A stretch of DNA of 64,000 nt from Nitrosopumilus sp. GTDB taxonomy: Archaea > Thermoproteota > Nitrososphaeria > Nitrososphaerales > Nitrosopumilaceae. The stretch's first letter is position 1, and each line of letters starts with the position of its first letter. Of the stretch, positions 31,247 through 42,080 are shown piece by piece. The notes under the pieces were generated by a model. The model made no database searches. It was not told the DNA's origin and saw only the letters and a program-made list of their open reading frames with translations. The stretch lies in NCBI GenBank assembly GCA_965218785.1, contig OZ244650.1, positions 768,001 to 832,000 of the forward strand. Direction: 5' to 3'. The position numbers and the translations under genes were made by a program.

Positions 31247-32461
31247 TCATCTCCCCCCTACCAGGCTGAAGAGCTGCCGTACTGCCAGTTTTGGATGCCG
31301 TGTTGCCAGTTTTATCATGTTGGCCAGTCCAAAGTCTGCCTTTATAAAATCCAGAAATTCCTTTGAATTTAATTCCTTGATAATCTCCAGCTCGCCGTCC
31401 CATTCCTTATCTGATAATCCAATCCATCTGTCCTGAACCTTTCTGGCCGAATTTATCTTTGATTCAACTGCCTTTCTCCAGATCTTTTCATATGGATAAA
31501 GTGATTCCCTGTCTGTTTTTCCAGACAGTATGGCCTTTGAGGCGACATCTCCTGCAACCCTTCCAAATTTTATCGCGTATCTTATTCCCTCCAAAACAAG
31601 CGGATTTGCCTGCCCTGCCGAATCGCCAACTAACATCAGATTGTTAAAAACCGTCTTTCTTGAGAGCCCGTCATTTGGAATCAGCCCGTAATGAAATTCA
31701 ATGGGTGTCATCTCTCCGAGTTTCTTTATCGGACCAAGCCTTGCATCCATTATTTCTTTGAGTCTCTGTGTTGGATCCACTCCTGACTCTGGCTTTCCTA
31801 TGCCGACTCCGATTCTTACAGTGCTGCCTCCTACGGGAAAAATCCACGCATATCCTGCAGGGGAATACTGCTGCCCCACCATCAGCCACCATGTATGGGG
31901 ATCTACATTCTCTGCCTTTACTTCATATTCTGCACCTGCCCCAAATCTTTTCCACTGTGTTGCAAACCCCATCGCCTTGCACACCGTTGAGGGAAACCCG
32001 CTTGCGTCAATTACTATCTTGGAGTGAAATGTGACATCTCCATCGCCGTGTCTGCTCCCATTTATGCCGATAATATCGCCTTTGTCGTTTTTGATAATAC
32101 CGTTGACGTTGGTTCCCACAAAAATATCTGCCCCCTCTTTTTCTGCCTGGTCTGCCAGCCATCTGTATGTTTTTCTTACATCCAAAACTGCCGCCCTTGG
32201 AACCGAATCACTAATTGTAACCTCGTTATTTGGAGAGCAGAATGAAAAATTTTTAATCGGATTGTAACAATCATCTGGAATTCCAAACTCCCTGATGTTC
32301 TGAATCCATGTCACCCCGCTGGTTCTGACTGTTTCTGCAATTGCATCCTCTTTTTCCAGCAGGGCCACCCTGACCCCGTTTTTTGCAGCTGCAAATGCCG
32401 CAGACGATCCTGCCGGACCTCCCCCCACAACTACGACATCATAATCGAATTTCTCTGGCAA
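31247..32461 (-). CDS. Geranylgeranyl reductase-family FAD oxidoreductase
   Basis: DVVVVGGGPAGS, GYAWIFP, LVGDSAGQANPLVLEGI. Confidence 0.9.
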   Translation of the reverse strand: MPEKFDYDVVVVGGGPAGSSAAFAAAKNGVRVALLEKEDAIAETVRTSGVTWIQNIREFGIPDDCYNPIKNFSFCSPNNEVTISDSVPRAAVLDVRKTYRWLADQAEKEGADIFVGTNVNGIIKNDKGDIIGINGSRHGDGDVTFHSKIVIDASGFPSTVCKAMGFATQWKRFGAGAEYEVKAENVDPHTWWLMVGQQYSPAGYAWIFPVGGSTVRIGVGIGKPESGVDPTQRLKEIMDARLGPIKKLGEMTPIEFHYGLIPNDGLSRKTVFNNLMLVGDSAGQANPLVLEGIRYAIKFGRVAGDVASKAILSGKTDRESLYPYEKIWRKAVESKINSARKVQDRWIGLSDKEWDGELEIIKELNSKEFLDFIKADFGLANMIKLATRHPKLAVRQLFSLVGGR

Positions 32462-32509
32462 TGATTATTCACTATTATTCTAGAATATAATTTTGAGGCA
32501 TGCCCAAAG

Positions 32510-32719
32510 TCATTTTTTTAAAACTGCCACTCCTGCCGAGTCGTTTTCTCTCTCAGAGTCAAAAGTTTCCATGTGTGCCGGATCCCTGTGCATGTAACTG
32601 TGGGTTTCCCCCTCTTTTTTTCTACAGAATTTTGAATGAATCTTTTCTTCTATCTTCAGCGTGGTCTCATTTTCATGAAATAACCGCTTTCCGCAATCCG
32701 GACAGATGATTTCAGGCAT
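32510..32719 (-). CDS. Small zinc-finger protein
   Basis: MPEIICPDCG...H...C. Confidence 0.65.
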   Translation of the reverse strand: MPEIICPDCGKRLFHENETTLKIEEKIHSKFCRKKEGETHSYMHRDPAHMETFDSERENDSAGVAVLKK

Positions 32720-32786
32720 GAATCCAGTCTGCAACAAATCTATTTAGATGTTTATGACTAAACTGCATCCTGAACCGAAACTTTAG

Positions 32787-32936
32787 ATGTTTGGAAATTC
32801 ATGGTTACATGTGGATGAATCCGTGCTCTTCTCATTTGCAATGTGGTCTGCTGTTACCGGAATCGTCATGGTAACTGCCGGAATTAGCTACCGTGCATAT
32901 ACACGGAGAAAAAACCATGAGATCCCTACATCTTGA
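32787..32936 (+). CDS. 49-aa single-TM protein
   Basis: MFGNSWLHVDESVLFSFAMWSAVTGIVMVTAGISYRAYTRRK...; TM helix with basic tail; overlaps the next start. Confidence 0.5.
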   Translation: MFGNSWLHVDESVLFSFAMWSAVTGIVMVTAGISYRAYTRRKNHEIPTS

Positions 32937-33498
32937 AAAAAAAGGCCTGCGTGGACTGGCAATTGCCGAGAGCTTTAAACAAAACTCCCAGAAATCCGTC
33001 TTTGCCGGGGTTGTAATGCGCCGGGATTTTGTAATTGACGGCTTTGTGTTTGGGGGTGCGACTCTAAAGGGTGATGATGCCACTGATGCCGTCCTTGAAA
33101 TGTATGATGATCTTCAAAGACCAGACATTGGCTACGTTTTGATCTCCGGATTAATCGTATCAATGTATAACATCATAAACATCAAAAAATTGTATGACTC
33201 TCTAAACATCCCAATCATTGGAATCTCCTATCATGACTCGGCAGGACTTGATGATATAATAAAGAAGCATTTTCCAACCTTCTTTGAATCAAAGATCACC
33301 GAATATCAAAAACTGGGAAAGCGAGAAAAAATCACCCTGAACACGTCTCATGATGTTTTTATCAGAAGGGAGGGCTGCACCACATGCGAGGTCAAAGAAC
33401 TTTTAGACGGACTGACACTGCACGGTTCTGTTCCTGAACCGGTGCGTGTATCACAACTGCTTGCAAAAACATTTCTAAGGAATCAATCATCCCTCTGA
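32917..33498 (+). CDS. DUF99-family (endonuclease V-like) protein
   Basis: LAIAESF...GVVMR...IDG...GDDAT...YNII...VPEPVRVSQL. Confidence 0.85.
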   Translation: MRSLHLEKKGLRGLAIAESFKQNSQKSVFAGVVMRRDFVIDGFVFGGATLKGDDATDAVLEMYDDLQRPDIGYVLISGLIVSMYNIINIKKLYDSLNIPIIGISYHDSAGLDDIIKKHFPTFFESKITEYQKLGKREKITLNTSHDVFIRREGCTTCEVKELLDGLTLHGSVPEPVRVSQLLAKTFLRNQSSL

Positions 33499-34248
33499 GG
33501 CTGTTTTACCGCCGTCAACATTCAGAATTGTTCCTGTAACCCAGTTTGCCTCGTCAGATGCCAAATAGAGTACGGCATTTGCGACATCTGCTGGTTCACC
33601 AACCCTTGCTAGCGGCAGTCTGTCTTCTAGGACTTTTCTTGCCTGGGGATCATCAAGATACGGCTTTATCATGCCTGAATTTATGATTCCCGGATTGACA
33701 CAGTTGCATCTGATGTTTCTTCTTGCATATTCTACTGCGATTGATTTTGTAAACATTGAGATTGCGGCCTTTGTGGCAGAGTACACTGCCAGATGAACCC
33801 TTGGAATCGCCCTCTCGCTGGAAATAGAACCGATGTTTATGATTGTACCGCTTTTTACATCCGACATTTTTGAGAGCACGGCTTTTGTCATGTGAAAAAC
33901 ACCAAGCAAGTTGATGTCGATGAGATTTTTAATCTCCGCACCTGGCATCTCATGAAAATGTACGGGATCATTAATTGCCCCCGCACTGTTGACTAGAATG
34001 TCAATCTTGCCGTATGTATCCATGACTTGGTTTACAACCTGCGATACCTGTGATTCGTCAGTCAGGTCACATCTTAGCGATGCGGCAGACTCTGTGCCTC
34101 CTATCTCGCTTCTTGTCTTTTCTAGCTTTTCTGGATTTCTTGCAGTCAGGATCACCTTGGCGCCTTCTTCTACGAATCTCTTTGCAATGCCCCTGCCTAT
34201 GTCACTTGATGCACCCGTGACAATTGCAACTTTGTTAGTTAATCGCAT
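33487..34248 (-). CDS. SDR-family oxidoreductase
   Basis: [32 protein letters not shown]. Confidence 0.93.
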   Translation of the reverse strand: MRLTNKVAIVTGASSDIGRGIAKRFVEEGAKVILTARNPEKLEKTRSEIGGTESAASLRCDLTDESQVSQVVNQVMDTYGKIDILVNSAGAINDPVHFHEMPGAEIKNLIDINLLGVFHMTKAVLSKMSDVKSGTIINIGSISSERAIPRVHLAVYSATKAAISMFTKSIAVEYARRNIRCNCVNPGIINSGMIKPYLDDPQARKVLEDRLPLARVGEPADVANAVLYLASDEANWVTGTILNVDGGKTASEG

Positions 34249-34297
34249 ACACTTGTATTACTGTCATAACTTAAAGAATTTTTGCAGTATCTGCCTA

Positions 34298-35179
34298 TCA
34301 GTCGCTGGATTCGTTGATCTTTTTAATATACTCGATAACTCCGGTGTAATCTATCTGGCCAAATCCCTCTTTGATGGCCCCCTCGTATACCTTTTCTGCC
34401 TTTCTAGTCATCGGAAGTTCAATTCCCAGTGATTCTGCAGTACGCCTCATGGTGCTGATGTCTTTTTTCAGATTGGCAAGCGTAAATGTCGTATCGTACA
34501 TTCCATCGATCATCTTGTATGCCTTTTTTTCACTCATTCCGGTTTTAAAGTATGTAGAATTCAAGACCTTGAGGAATATCTTCGGGTCTACACCCGACTT
34601 TTTAACAAGTGTGATTCCTTCAGATAACGCAAGTGCAAGCATGGTTATCTGCAGGTTCATAGCTAGTTTGACTGAATGGGCCACCCCCGTACCTCCCAGA
34701 AAAAACATGGTGCCTGCAATCTTTTCAAAAACATCCCTGCAATGATCAAAGCATTTTCTGTCTCCTGATGCCATCATGATCAAATCCCCTGTTATCGCAA
34801 CGTTTGGTCCTCCCATCACCGGAATCTCCAGTTTCTGGATTTTGTGATCCTGGAATTTTCTTGCAATGTCTTTTGATTCTGATGGATCTATGGTGCTCAT
34901 GTCTGCAACTATCAATCTTTTGTTTTGAGCCTCTATGATTCCGTTTTTTTCAAATGATACATTTTTTACCGCATCTGCGTCTTTAACTACTATGATGACT
35001 AATTCCGAGTTTTCTGCGACTTTTCTTGGCGATGCTGCAACAATGGCGCCCCTTTCTCTTACCTGCGCTGTTTTTTCCATCGTCCTATTGTAAACTGTAA
35101 CTTTGAAACCCGAATCAAGCAGGTGCAGTGCCACTGCATTACCAAGCATCCCCAGTCCGATAACTCCTATCTTTTTCAT
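34298..35179 (-). CDS. Beta-hydroxyacid dehydrogenase family (3-hydroxyisobutyrate dehydrogenase-like)
   Basis: [36 protein letters not shown]. Confidence 0.9.
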   Translation of the reverse strand: MKKIGVIGLGMLGNAVALHLLDSGFKVTVYNRTMEKTAQVRERGAIVAASPRKVAENSELVIIVVKDADAVKNVSFEKNGIIEAQNKRLIVADMSTIDPSESKDIARKFQDHKIQKLEIPVMGGPNVAITGDLIMMASGDRKCFDHCRDVFEKIAGTMFFLGGTGVAHSVKLAMNLQITMLALALSEGITLVKKSGVDPKIFLKVLNSTYFKTGMSEKKAYKMIDGMYDTTFTLANLKKDISTMRRTAESLGIELPMTRKAEKVYEGAIKEGFGQIDYTGVIEYIKKINESSD

Positions 35180-35199
35180 CTTTGCTCCAACATCTGCGT

Positions 35200-35586
35200 T
35201 CAACGACGTTCCTCCTTTTGGATCTCCCACTGTTCGTTTCCAAATCTTGATACTGCAAATTCCAGCTGTCCTACCGTCTTGTCCCCCTTTTTGACTTTGG
35301 CATAATCAAATTTCTTCATTCTAAAGACTTTTTCCTTTGGCTTGTATCCTCCCTCGATGACTTTGATCTTGAATCTTTTGCTTGCCCTTATGACCAGCTT
35401 CCGGGCAATCTGTACGTCACCCATCCATGAAAACATTTCAAAATCGCCAAAATTTTTGGTGGATATCTCGTGATTATACAGTCTTGCCTCAAGTTTTGTA
35501 CCGTGGGTTCTTGCCTGCTCGTTTATCCACTCTAGAACCTCCTTACCGCGCCCTTTTTCAACTCCAAAAGTCTCCGAAATTGCCAT
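35200..35586 (-). CDS. Hypothetical protein
   Basis: Intact ORF co-oriented with the dehydrogenase cluster. Confidence 0.7.
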   Translation of the reverse strand: MAISETFGVEKGRGKEVLEWINEQARTHGTKLEARLYNHEISTKNFGDFEMFSWMGDVQIARKLVIRASKRFKIKVIEGGYKPKEKVFRMKKFDYAKVKKGDKTVGQLEFAVSRFGNEQWEIQKEERR

Positions 35587-35661
35587 CTACAAAAATTTAA
35601 CGCCTCAGCATAATAATCATATGTCTGTTAGACTAAAATATCGACCTGACTTTGAAATTAC

Positions 35662-36036
35662 ATGCTGATAATTGAATGCAAGGATGTCCTGTCGATAAAA
35701 AATGAGCTGTTGGTTTACGTCTCAGATAAGGTTGAGGCCATACCAACCCTGAAAAACCATCAATTTACCCTGTCTACTTTTGATGATGATGACGTTATTG
35801 ACACTAATACGGTAATTTCTGCAATCAAGGAATATCTAGAGTCAATTGGCGAGGCCTCTCACTTTGCTGTGATCTCCAACCACGATGTGATAAGTATAAC
35901 ATCCATTTCCGGTAGAATCATAGAAAAAAAAGCCCAGCAGCAGCACTCACCTGAAATGTTTTCATGCACCCATTGTGGATTCGTAACACAGTATGAAGTC
36001 GAGCTCAATATTCATATGCGGATACATTATCTCTAG
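35662..36036 (+). CDS. Protein with C-terminal C2H2 zinc finger
   Basis: FSCTHCGFVTQYEVELNIHMRIH. Confidence 0.8.
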   Translation: MLIIECKDVLSIKNELLVYVSDKVEAIPTLKNHQFTLSTFDDDDVIDTNTVISAIKEYLESIGEASHFAVISNHDVISITSISGRIIEKKAQQQHSPEMFSCTHCGFVTQYEVELNIHMRIHYL

Positions 36037-36090
36037 ACTCCATCCGGATTTCTGAGCTGATCTTTATATGTATAGACGTGCAAAATAAGC

Positions 36091-36288
36091 GTGGAAAAGC
36101 CCTCAAAAAACAACGTGAGAAAAGTTTATTGTGAAAAATGTGATCTGATCTTTGAATCACGGGAGAAATTTGACAGGCATTTTGACAGACACTACTCAAA
36201 TGCCGCTGCCTGTGAGATGTGTCCGATCGATACTGTGATCTCAAAATTTGTAAACATGTTTAGGCGAAAGTCCAATAACTTGGAATAA
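36091..36288 (+). CDS. Small C2H2 zinc-finger protein
   Basis: YCEKCDLIFESREKFDRHFDRH plus CEMCP. Confidence 0.75.
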   Translation: MEKPSKNNVRKVYCEKCDLIFESREKFDRHFDRHYSNAAACEMCPIDTVISKFVNMFRRKSNNLE

Positions 36289-36319
36289 GTTTTTTAACTC
36301 ATTTTTACTGCATTAGACA

Positions 36320-36985
36320 ATGATGGACAAAAAGGGCATAATCATAGGATCTGCTGTAATAGTGGCAGTTATTGCTGGAATTGCAGCATCATACACTTCT
36401 GAGACTTCCAGTCCTAGTATGGAGAGAACACATGGCACAATCTCCACTGTCATGGGACCCCGATTTTAGGTGATCCGTTAGCACCAATCACCATTAGTAG
36501 AGTTTGGTGACTATCAATGTCATCAATGTTACAACTGGTTTCATAACACAAAGCCCGAAATAACTCGCAATTACATCGAGACTGGAAAGGCAAATTTGGT
36601 TTTCGTTGATCTGGCATTTTTGGGAGATGATTCTCCAAAGGCTGCCCAGGCATCGTACTGCGCAGAGGATCAGGGGATGTACTGGGAATATCATGATCTT
36701 CTTTATAATTTTCAGGAACCTGTAATTGATGGCGGCTGGGCAAATTCTGAGCGACTCGAGGCTTTTGCTTTTAGTCTGGATCTTGAGATGGAACAGTTTG
36801 AAGAGTGTTTTGATTCTGGAAAACACTCAAAACGCGTCCAGTATAACATTCAACAAGCAAGGGAACACGGTGTCAAGGGAACCCCCGGATTCTTTATTGT
36901 GGGTCCTGATGGGCAACAGCAACAACTTGGCGGTGCACAACCATTTTCCGTCTTTCAAAGAGTACTGGATTCCATGATTAAATGA
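36320..36985 (+). pseudogene. DsbA-family thioredoxin-fold protein with two compensating frameshifts
   Basis: Signal-anchor start at 36320; PILGDPLAPITI is out of frame between ~36457 and ~36496 (two in-frame TAGs); then VEFGDYQCHQC...GVKGTPGF...GAQPF. Confidence 0.8.
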
Positions 36986-37461
36986 CGCATGTAACACGGC
37001 AGGTCTTTTCTAATCCAAAGTATCTCTTGCTTGCATCTGTAATCTTTGCCTCAATGATGACTGGGTTGTTGATCCTCTCCGGATTTATCTTTCTGGAACC
37101 TTTTGTAGTGAGTCATCTGCCTGTTGGAACCGAACTGGGGTTTGTGTTAATAGTGGTGCTCTCGGCGCTCTCTGCGCTGGTGGTCCCAATGAACGTCTAT
37201 CGAATTGAGATTCTCAAAAGCTCAAAACAGAAAATGAGCGGGGGAATCCTCGGCTCGTTTATTGGAGCTGCCGCAGGTGCATGCAGTTGCGGGCCGGTCG
37301 GATTTGCCCTAATCTCCACCTTTGGCTCTGTGGGGGCCACTGCCACGGCATTTGTGACAAATTACGAGACTCCAATCAGGATAATTGCCATTACAATCCT
37401 GGCTATCACCTATTTTACGACCGTAAAATCCCTAAAATCTGAATGTAAATACGCCCCCTGA
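36982..37461 (+). CDS. Membrane protein with CxC motif
   Basis: Four hydrophobic segments, AGACSCGP; ATGA overlap with dsbA. Confidence 0.75.
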   Translation: MTHVTRQVFSNPKYLLLASVIFASMMTGLLILSGFIFLEPFVVSHLPVGTELGFVLIVVLSALSALVVPMNVYRIEILKSSKQKMSGGILGSFIGAAAGACSCGPVGFALISTFGSVGATATAFVTNYETPIRIIAITILAITYFTTVKSLKSECKYAP

Positions 37462-37690
37462 TGATGTATTAGAAATTACCAATTAGGCAAATTTTTGTAA
37501 CCTTGGAATGTATCTTTGAGTTAGCTGAACAGATTATGTGACAATCATTTATGTTCCAATTCGACCTCATAAAAGAGATCCAGAATTTGATGAAATCGAG
37601 GATGCAGAAGATTAGCATCCCCTGCTTTGCATGATGGATTTCCAGAATGCATAGTCGAGATATTTATTTGGTATTTTTTAGATTAACACA

Positions 37691-38632
37691 ATGCAAAATT
37701 GGAATCTCATAATTGGAATTCTGATAATCTCTGCTCCGATCCTCTTTGCAATAATTGCATTTCCTGATTCTATCTCCTGGAGCTGGAATGAGGGGAGGGG
37801 TGGCTATCTTTTTGCCCTTGTATTTGTAGTAGCCGAACTTGTCGGTCTTAGAATTGTCATCTCTAGAAAGCGGTTACTTGCGGTAATACCGATGGCACTT
37901 GCCGCAATCTCTTATCTGGCTTTGCTTGAATACGGTCTGCGGGATTATATCATAGAATCAGCAGAACTGTTTGACGTACAACTAATCTACTCCTGGACAT
38001 GGATGTGGGATTTTATCGTGATGGGGGCCTTTATCGTTGCCGCCCTGACTATCTTTTTTGGAAGACGCTGGATTAGAATCGCCCCTGCCGGACCGATCTT
38101 TCTGACAGGTACTGCAATAATTCTCTCACTTGATGCATTCTTCCCGTATGACACGCTTGGTCCCCTACAGTATATCGTTCCATACTTTGTTCAGGCAAAC
38201 GTGTGGCTGATTACCGCACTTGATCTGGGAACTGCGATAGCTAGGGATAACGTCATGTTCCTACGCGGTGATCACGGTTCAATAGCGCTGCAGGTGTTTT
38301 GGCCATCTGCCGGGGTTCACAGCATCATAATATTCTCCCTGGTGATCGGTGCATTCATGTTAAAGATGAACATTCCTAGAAACAGAAAGGCAGTCTATTT
38401 TGTTTTGGGAATAATCGGAACGATCATTGTAAATCTGATTCGGATATTCTCGCTGTCGTGGTACGCCCTCAAAGTCACAACGGATCCCGTGGCGTGGGAG
38501 GAATACCATAAAATTGCAGGCGAGATCATGTTTCTGCCGTGGCTGTTTTCATTTATTCTAGTTGTAATCCTGATAGAATCCCGGCGCCTTAAAAAATTGG
38601 AGAGCCAGGCACCCCCTAAAAATAACTTGTAA
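37691..38632 (+). CDS. Thaumarchaeosortase (exosortase/archaeosortase family)
   Basis: Multi-TM; WNEGRGG, VFWPSAGVHS (Ser at the usual Cys position), NLIRI, H-x-x-x-GE. Confidence 0.88.
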   Translation: MQNWNLIIGILIISAPILFAIIAFPDSISWSWNEGRGGYLFALVFVVAELVGLRIVISRKRLLAVIPMALAAISYLALLEYGLRDYIIESAELFDVQLIYSWTWMWDFIVMGAFIVAALTIFFGRRWIRIAPAGPIFLTGTAIILSLDAFFPYDTLGPLQYIVPYFVQANVWLITALDLGTAIARDNVMFLRGDHGSIALQVFWPSAGVHSIIIFSLVIGAFMLKMNIPRNRKAVYFVLGIIGTIIVNLIRIFSLSWYALKVTTDPVAWEEYHKIAGEIMFLPWLFSFILVVILIESRRLKKLESQAPPKNNL

Positions 38633-39707
38633 TGTCCCTTTGCCCCTCCATCTCTGAAAGCTCTGAAACCCTTACTCCCAGCCGCCTGATCGTAATTTTT
38701 TGATCCTCTAACGCCTCTTTTAGCAGATGATTCGTGTTTTTTTGCAGTTCCTCAAGACTCGCAGCCGGATTTCTCAGCATTTTTGATCTTGACTTGTTTG
38801 ATAAATCAGACTGGACAAAATGTATTCCGACTGATTTGAACATTTGATTGTTTTCCATGACGACACCGTGCACCTTTTTGCATAACTCCATCATGTTTTC
38901 AGAGAGGAACTGGTAATCTTTTGAATCCTTTTTCAGTGTTGTAATCTTGCTGTACTGTATCCTGGCCTCCCTTTCCTTGACCGGGTCGTAGTCTATCCCC
39001 CTGACTGCGTTGTAGATGTATGTGCCGTTTTTTCTTCCAAACTCTTTGTTTAAAGTAAAAACGTCTAATTTTTTTACATCCTGGATTGTCCCTAGATTCA
39101 TCTCTGAAAATCTTTCCTCTGTCTTTCCTCCGATGCCCGGTATCGTCCTGATTTCCAGCCGTTCTAGAAACTCTTCGATTTTATCCGGGGATACAAGTGT
39201 GAGGCCGTCTGGTTTTTGAAAATCAGATGCAATCTTTGATAACAACTTGTTTGGTGATATTCCTATAGAGCAGCCAAGCTTTGTTTGGTCCCTGACTGAA
39301 TTTTTAATTTGCTGTGCAAGATGGCTTGCTTTTTTAAAATCCCCGCCGATTCTTTTTGTTACATCCAGGTATGCCTCGTCTTTGCCGACATATTCAAAAA
39401 CATCCGCATACTCGCTTATGATATTCATTGCCTTTTCAGAGATTGCTTCATAGTACTCAAAATCCACTGGCAAAAACACCGCGTCTTCTCTATCCTGCAG
39501 TTTTTTCTTTGCAAAGATTATCGGCATTCCTGATTTTGCACCATATTTTCTTGCAGTGTAGTTTGCCGTGGCAATTGCACCGGTATCCGTACCCCTCTCT
39601 GAATACACGCAGACACATACCGGCTTGGGTTTTAGCTCGGGCAATCTTATCTCCTCGCATTGGGCATAAAAATAATCAAAATCTATGTGGAAGACCACTC
39701 TTTCCAA
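38616..39707 (-). CDS. dinB: Y-family DNA polymerase IV (Dpo4/DinB)
   Basis: HIDFDYFYAQCE, ATANYTARKYG, DEAYLD, KIASDFQKPDG, IPGIG. Confidence 0.95.
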   Translation of the reverse strand: MERVVFHIDFDYFYAQCEEIRLPELKPKPVCVCVYSERGTDTGAIATANYTARKYGAKSGMPIIFAKKKLQDREDAVFLPVDFEYYEAISEKAMNIISEYADVFEYVGKDEAYLDVTKRIGGDFKKASHLAQQIKNSVRDQTKLGCSIGISPNKLLSKIASDFQKPDGLTLVSPDKIEEFLERLEIRTIPGIGGKTEERFSEMNLGTIQDVKKLDVFTLNKEFGRKNGTYIYNAVRGIDYDPVKEREARIQYSKITTLKKDSKDYQFLSENMMELCKKVHGVVMENNQMFKSVGIHFVQSDLSNKSRSKMLRNPAASLEELQKNTNHLLKEALEDQKITIRRLGVRVSELSEMEGQRDITSYF

Positions 39708-40288
39708 TATTTTCTGGATTTTTTTTGATTATTACAATATTTGGATCGTAAAATATGGTCTTAACGCGTGGATATCTGATCTGATTTCCAGCCGGTTTTC
39801 TGCCTGCCTACAGACACGTCTTTTGTGTATCACATTTTATTTTATCAAAAATGACTAGCCACGCGTATTATGGCTTTGAGTCGGTTTTATCTGGTGATGC
39901 CTGTGCATGTTTGTATCATTTACCCTTGTTTTTTCTGTCTTGTCGGAATCTGGTTCTGGCAGTGATATGTGTGTGGTTTATAGATATCTGTGACTTGCAT
40001 CTTCTTGCCTGCAAGATGTATTCCAGGTTGCAAGTTTTTATTCATTGATTGATTGCAATGTCTACCAATATGACATTTTTTCTCCTTGCACCAAGTTTGG
40101 CAACACCATCGTAAAACCTTGATTCGCAAATCCGGCAATTCCCAGAATTTATGTCGAATTATATTAGATCTGTTTACTCCAAAATATTTGATCCTGTGAC
40201 TGGAATACCCTTTTACTGAATCGTAAGTAATTTTTGAACTATGCATAAATAACAATTATGATGTGATATTGTTCATAGTTGGGATTAA

Positions 40289-41446
40289 ATGAAATATGAA
40301 AAAATTACTTTAAAAAATATTGGTCCTATAGAAAAAGGTCAAATTCAGCGTCATAAAATCAATGTATTTTTTGGACCTAATAATTCTGGTAAATCTATGA
40401 CATCTAGACTGATTCATGGTATCGGTCAGCTAAATACTGGTTCTAGAGGTCTTCAAGGAATGGTTAAAAAAGAAATGAATTCACAGAAAGAACTGCATGC
40501 GTTTTATAGATATTCTATTCTAAATAGCGCTGGTCTTGGCATGCAAGATCTCTTATCGTATAAGAAAGAATCATGTCATCTAACTGTCACATTTAGTGGA
40601 AAAACACCTGAAATGGATTTTGGCTTTAAAAAAAACACGTCAATTACTAAAAAACATTTAATGTTACAACACCATGCATCAGTGCTTTCTCAAACTTCAA
40701 GAGACAGTGTGTATATTCCAGCAGGCAGAACTGGAACCATCCAATCTTTCACGAGTATCACTAAAATGAGAAATCAACTTCTTCGAGATCTTTTGGGCTC
40801 TTTTCAAATTGACGATCCTTCTAATATTAAAAAAACATCTGCAAAAGAAATTAAAAACTTTACACGTTCATCAAGTAAGTTACCTGAACATCTGGAACAA
40901 TTCCATGATTTGATTCTTGATACACATGCTAAAGGAATGAGTAAAGACGTTCAAGATTCATTTTCAAATTTACTCCTTGGTTTAATTGAATCTACGGATA
41001 CTGGAGGACTGCCTGAAATAATTTACCGAGATCCGACTGGATTTGTGACTGAAATTGAATCTGCAGGTTCTGGAACGGTGTCATCTTTTCCGATTGTTGC
41101 AGGTGTTCATTGTGTTAACAAAAATGGTATTTTGATTATTGAGGAACCAGAGGCACACTTGGAACCGGCAAAACAGCTTAGGCTTATTGAAGAACTTGTT
41201 ATGATTGCTGAAAAGAAAAAAATAGATTTGATTTTTACAACTCATAGTGATTATGTTGTTAAAAAATTATTGGCACTGGTAAGTAGAAAAAAAATAAAAC
41301 ATAGTGATTTGGGTTTATATTATTTTAATCGAACTCCTACATCCCTAACACATATAGAAAAAATCCCTGTTGATAAAACTGGGGAAGCAGAACAGGCACT
41401 ATTTGAAAACGCACTAGATACACTGGTGGAAGAATTTTCAGAATAA
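40289..41446 (+). CDS. AAA_15/AAA_21 ABC-type ATPase (AbiEii/OLD-like)
   Basis: LKNIGPI, GPNNSGKS, YIPAGR, AGSG signature, IEEPEAHLEP, TTHSDY. Confidence 0.88.
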   Translation: MKYEKITLKNIGPIEKGQIQRHKINVFFGPNNSGKSMTSRLIHGIGQLNTGSRGLQGMVKKEMNSQKELHAFYRYSILNSAGLGMQDLLSYKKESCHLTVTFSGKTPEMDFGFKKNTSITKKHLMLQHHASVLSQTSRDSVYIPAGRTGTIQSFTSITKMRNQLLRDLLGSFQIDDPSNIKKTSAKEIKNFTRSSSKLPEHLEQFHDLILDTHAKGMSKDVQDSFSNLLLGLIESTDTGGLPEIIYRDPTGFVTEIESAGSGTVSSFPIVAGVHCVNKNGILIIEEPEAHLEPAKQLRLIEELVMIAEKKKIDLIFTTHSDYVVKKLLALVSRKKIKHSDLGLYYFNRTPTSLTHIEKIPVDKTGEAEQALFENALDTLVEEFSE

Positions 41447-41449
41447 CTT

Positions 41450-41670
41450 GATTCACAAAAATATTGCCTAGTCCTTGATACTAATGTTCTTGGAGGTATT
41501 TTTGAAATTGATAGTTTTGAGAATATTAAAATTGTTTTAAAAAATTGGATTTTGAAAATTATTACAAATATGGAAAAAAATCAAAAGTAAAAACAATTAC
41601 TGTTTTTGCATCAACAAATATCATACATGATTATAAGACAGGATTGAGTAAAAGTGGATACAAGGTCCAT
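41450..41670 (+). pseudogene. Remnant of a PIN-like partner gene
   Basis: KYCLVLDTNVLGGIFE... (PIN first-strand LDTNV) followed by a frameshift/stop near 41590. Confidence 0.45.
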
Positions 41671-41788
41671 CCCCATCCTCAATTTTGTATGTCCCACTCG
41701 TGATATTGAACCTTAAATTAATGATGAAAAAACACTTACGAATAATTGACCTTATTCATCTAAATAATTGATGATTATTGAATATTTT

Positions 41789-42037
41789 ATGGAATACCCC
41801 ATATCTGTGGATGAAAACGGTTTAAATTTAAAACCTGAAAAAATGGAGAAAGAGAAACTCTATCACTGTATGTTCAAAAACAAGGCAATCCTGATCTTCA
41901 AGGATTCCCAAGATGTCCTGAATTGCTATGAAATCGAGGAAAAGGAGTTAGTTGAGAAAATTCAAAAATGTGCCAATGATGATGATCTCGAAAGGTTGTT
42001 TGAAGACTATGTTAAAGGACAGGATCTTAAAAATTAA
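41789..42037 (+). CDS. Hypothetical protein
   Basis: Intact acidic ORF MEYPISVDENG...; backbone-like context. Confidence 0.7.
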   Translation: MEYPISVDENGLNLKPEKMEKEKLYHCMFKNKAILIFKDSQDVLNCYEIEEKELVEKIQKCANDDDLERLFEDYVKGQDLKN

Positions 42038-42080
42038 AATAAAAGTGAAAGAAGGTTTTGTTAGAAAAGGAATTTGAAAA

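Noticed and set aside
37691-38632. Ser replacing the catalytic Cys in the archaeosortase as a novelty
   Set aside because: As recalled, this substitution is characteristic of the thaumarchaeosortase subfamily.
39851-40255. Short ORFs between dinB and the ATPase
   Set aside because: Atypical composition and no motifs; probably decayed sequence.
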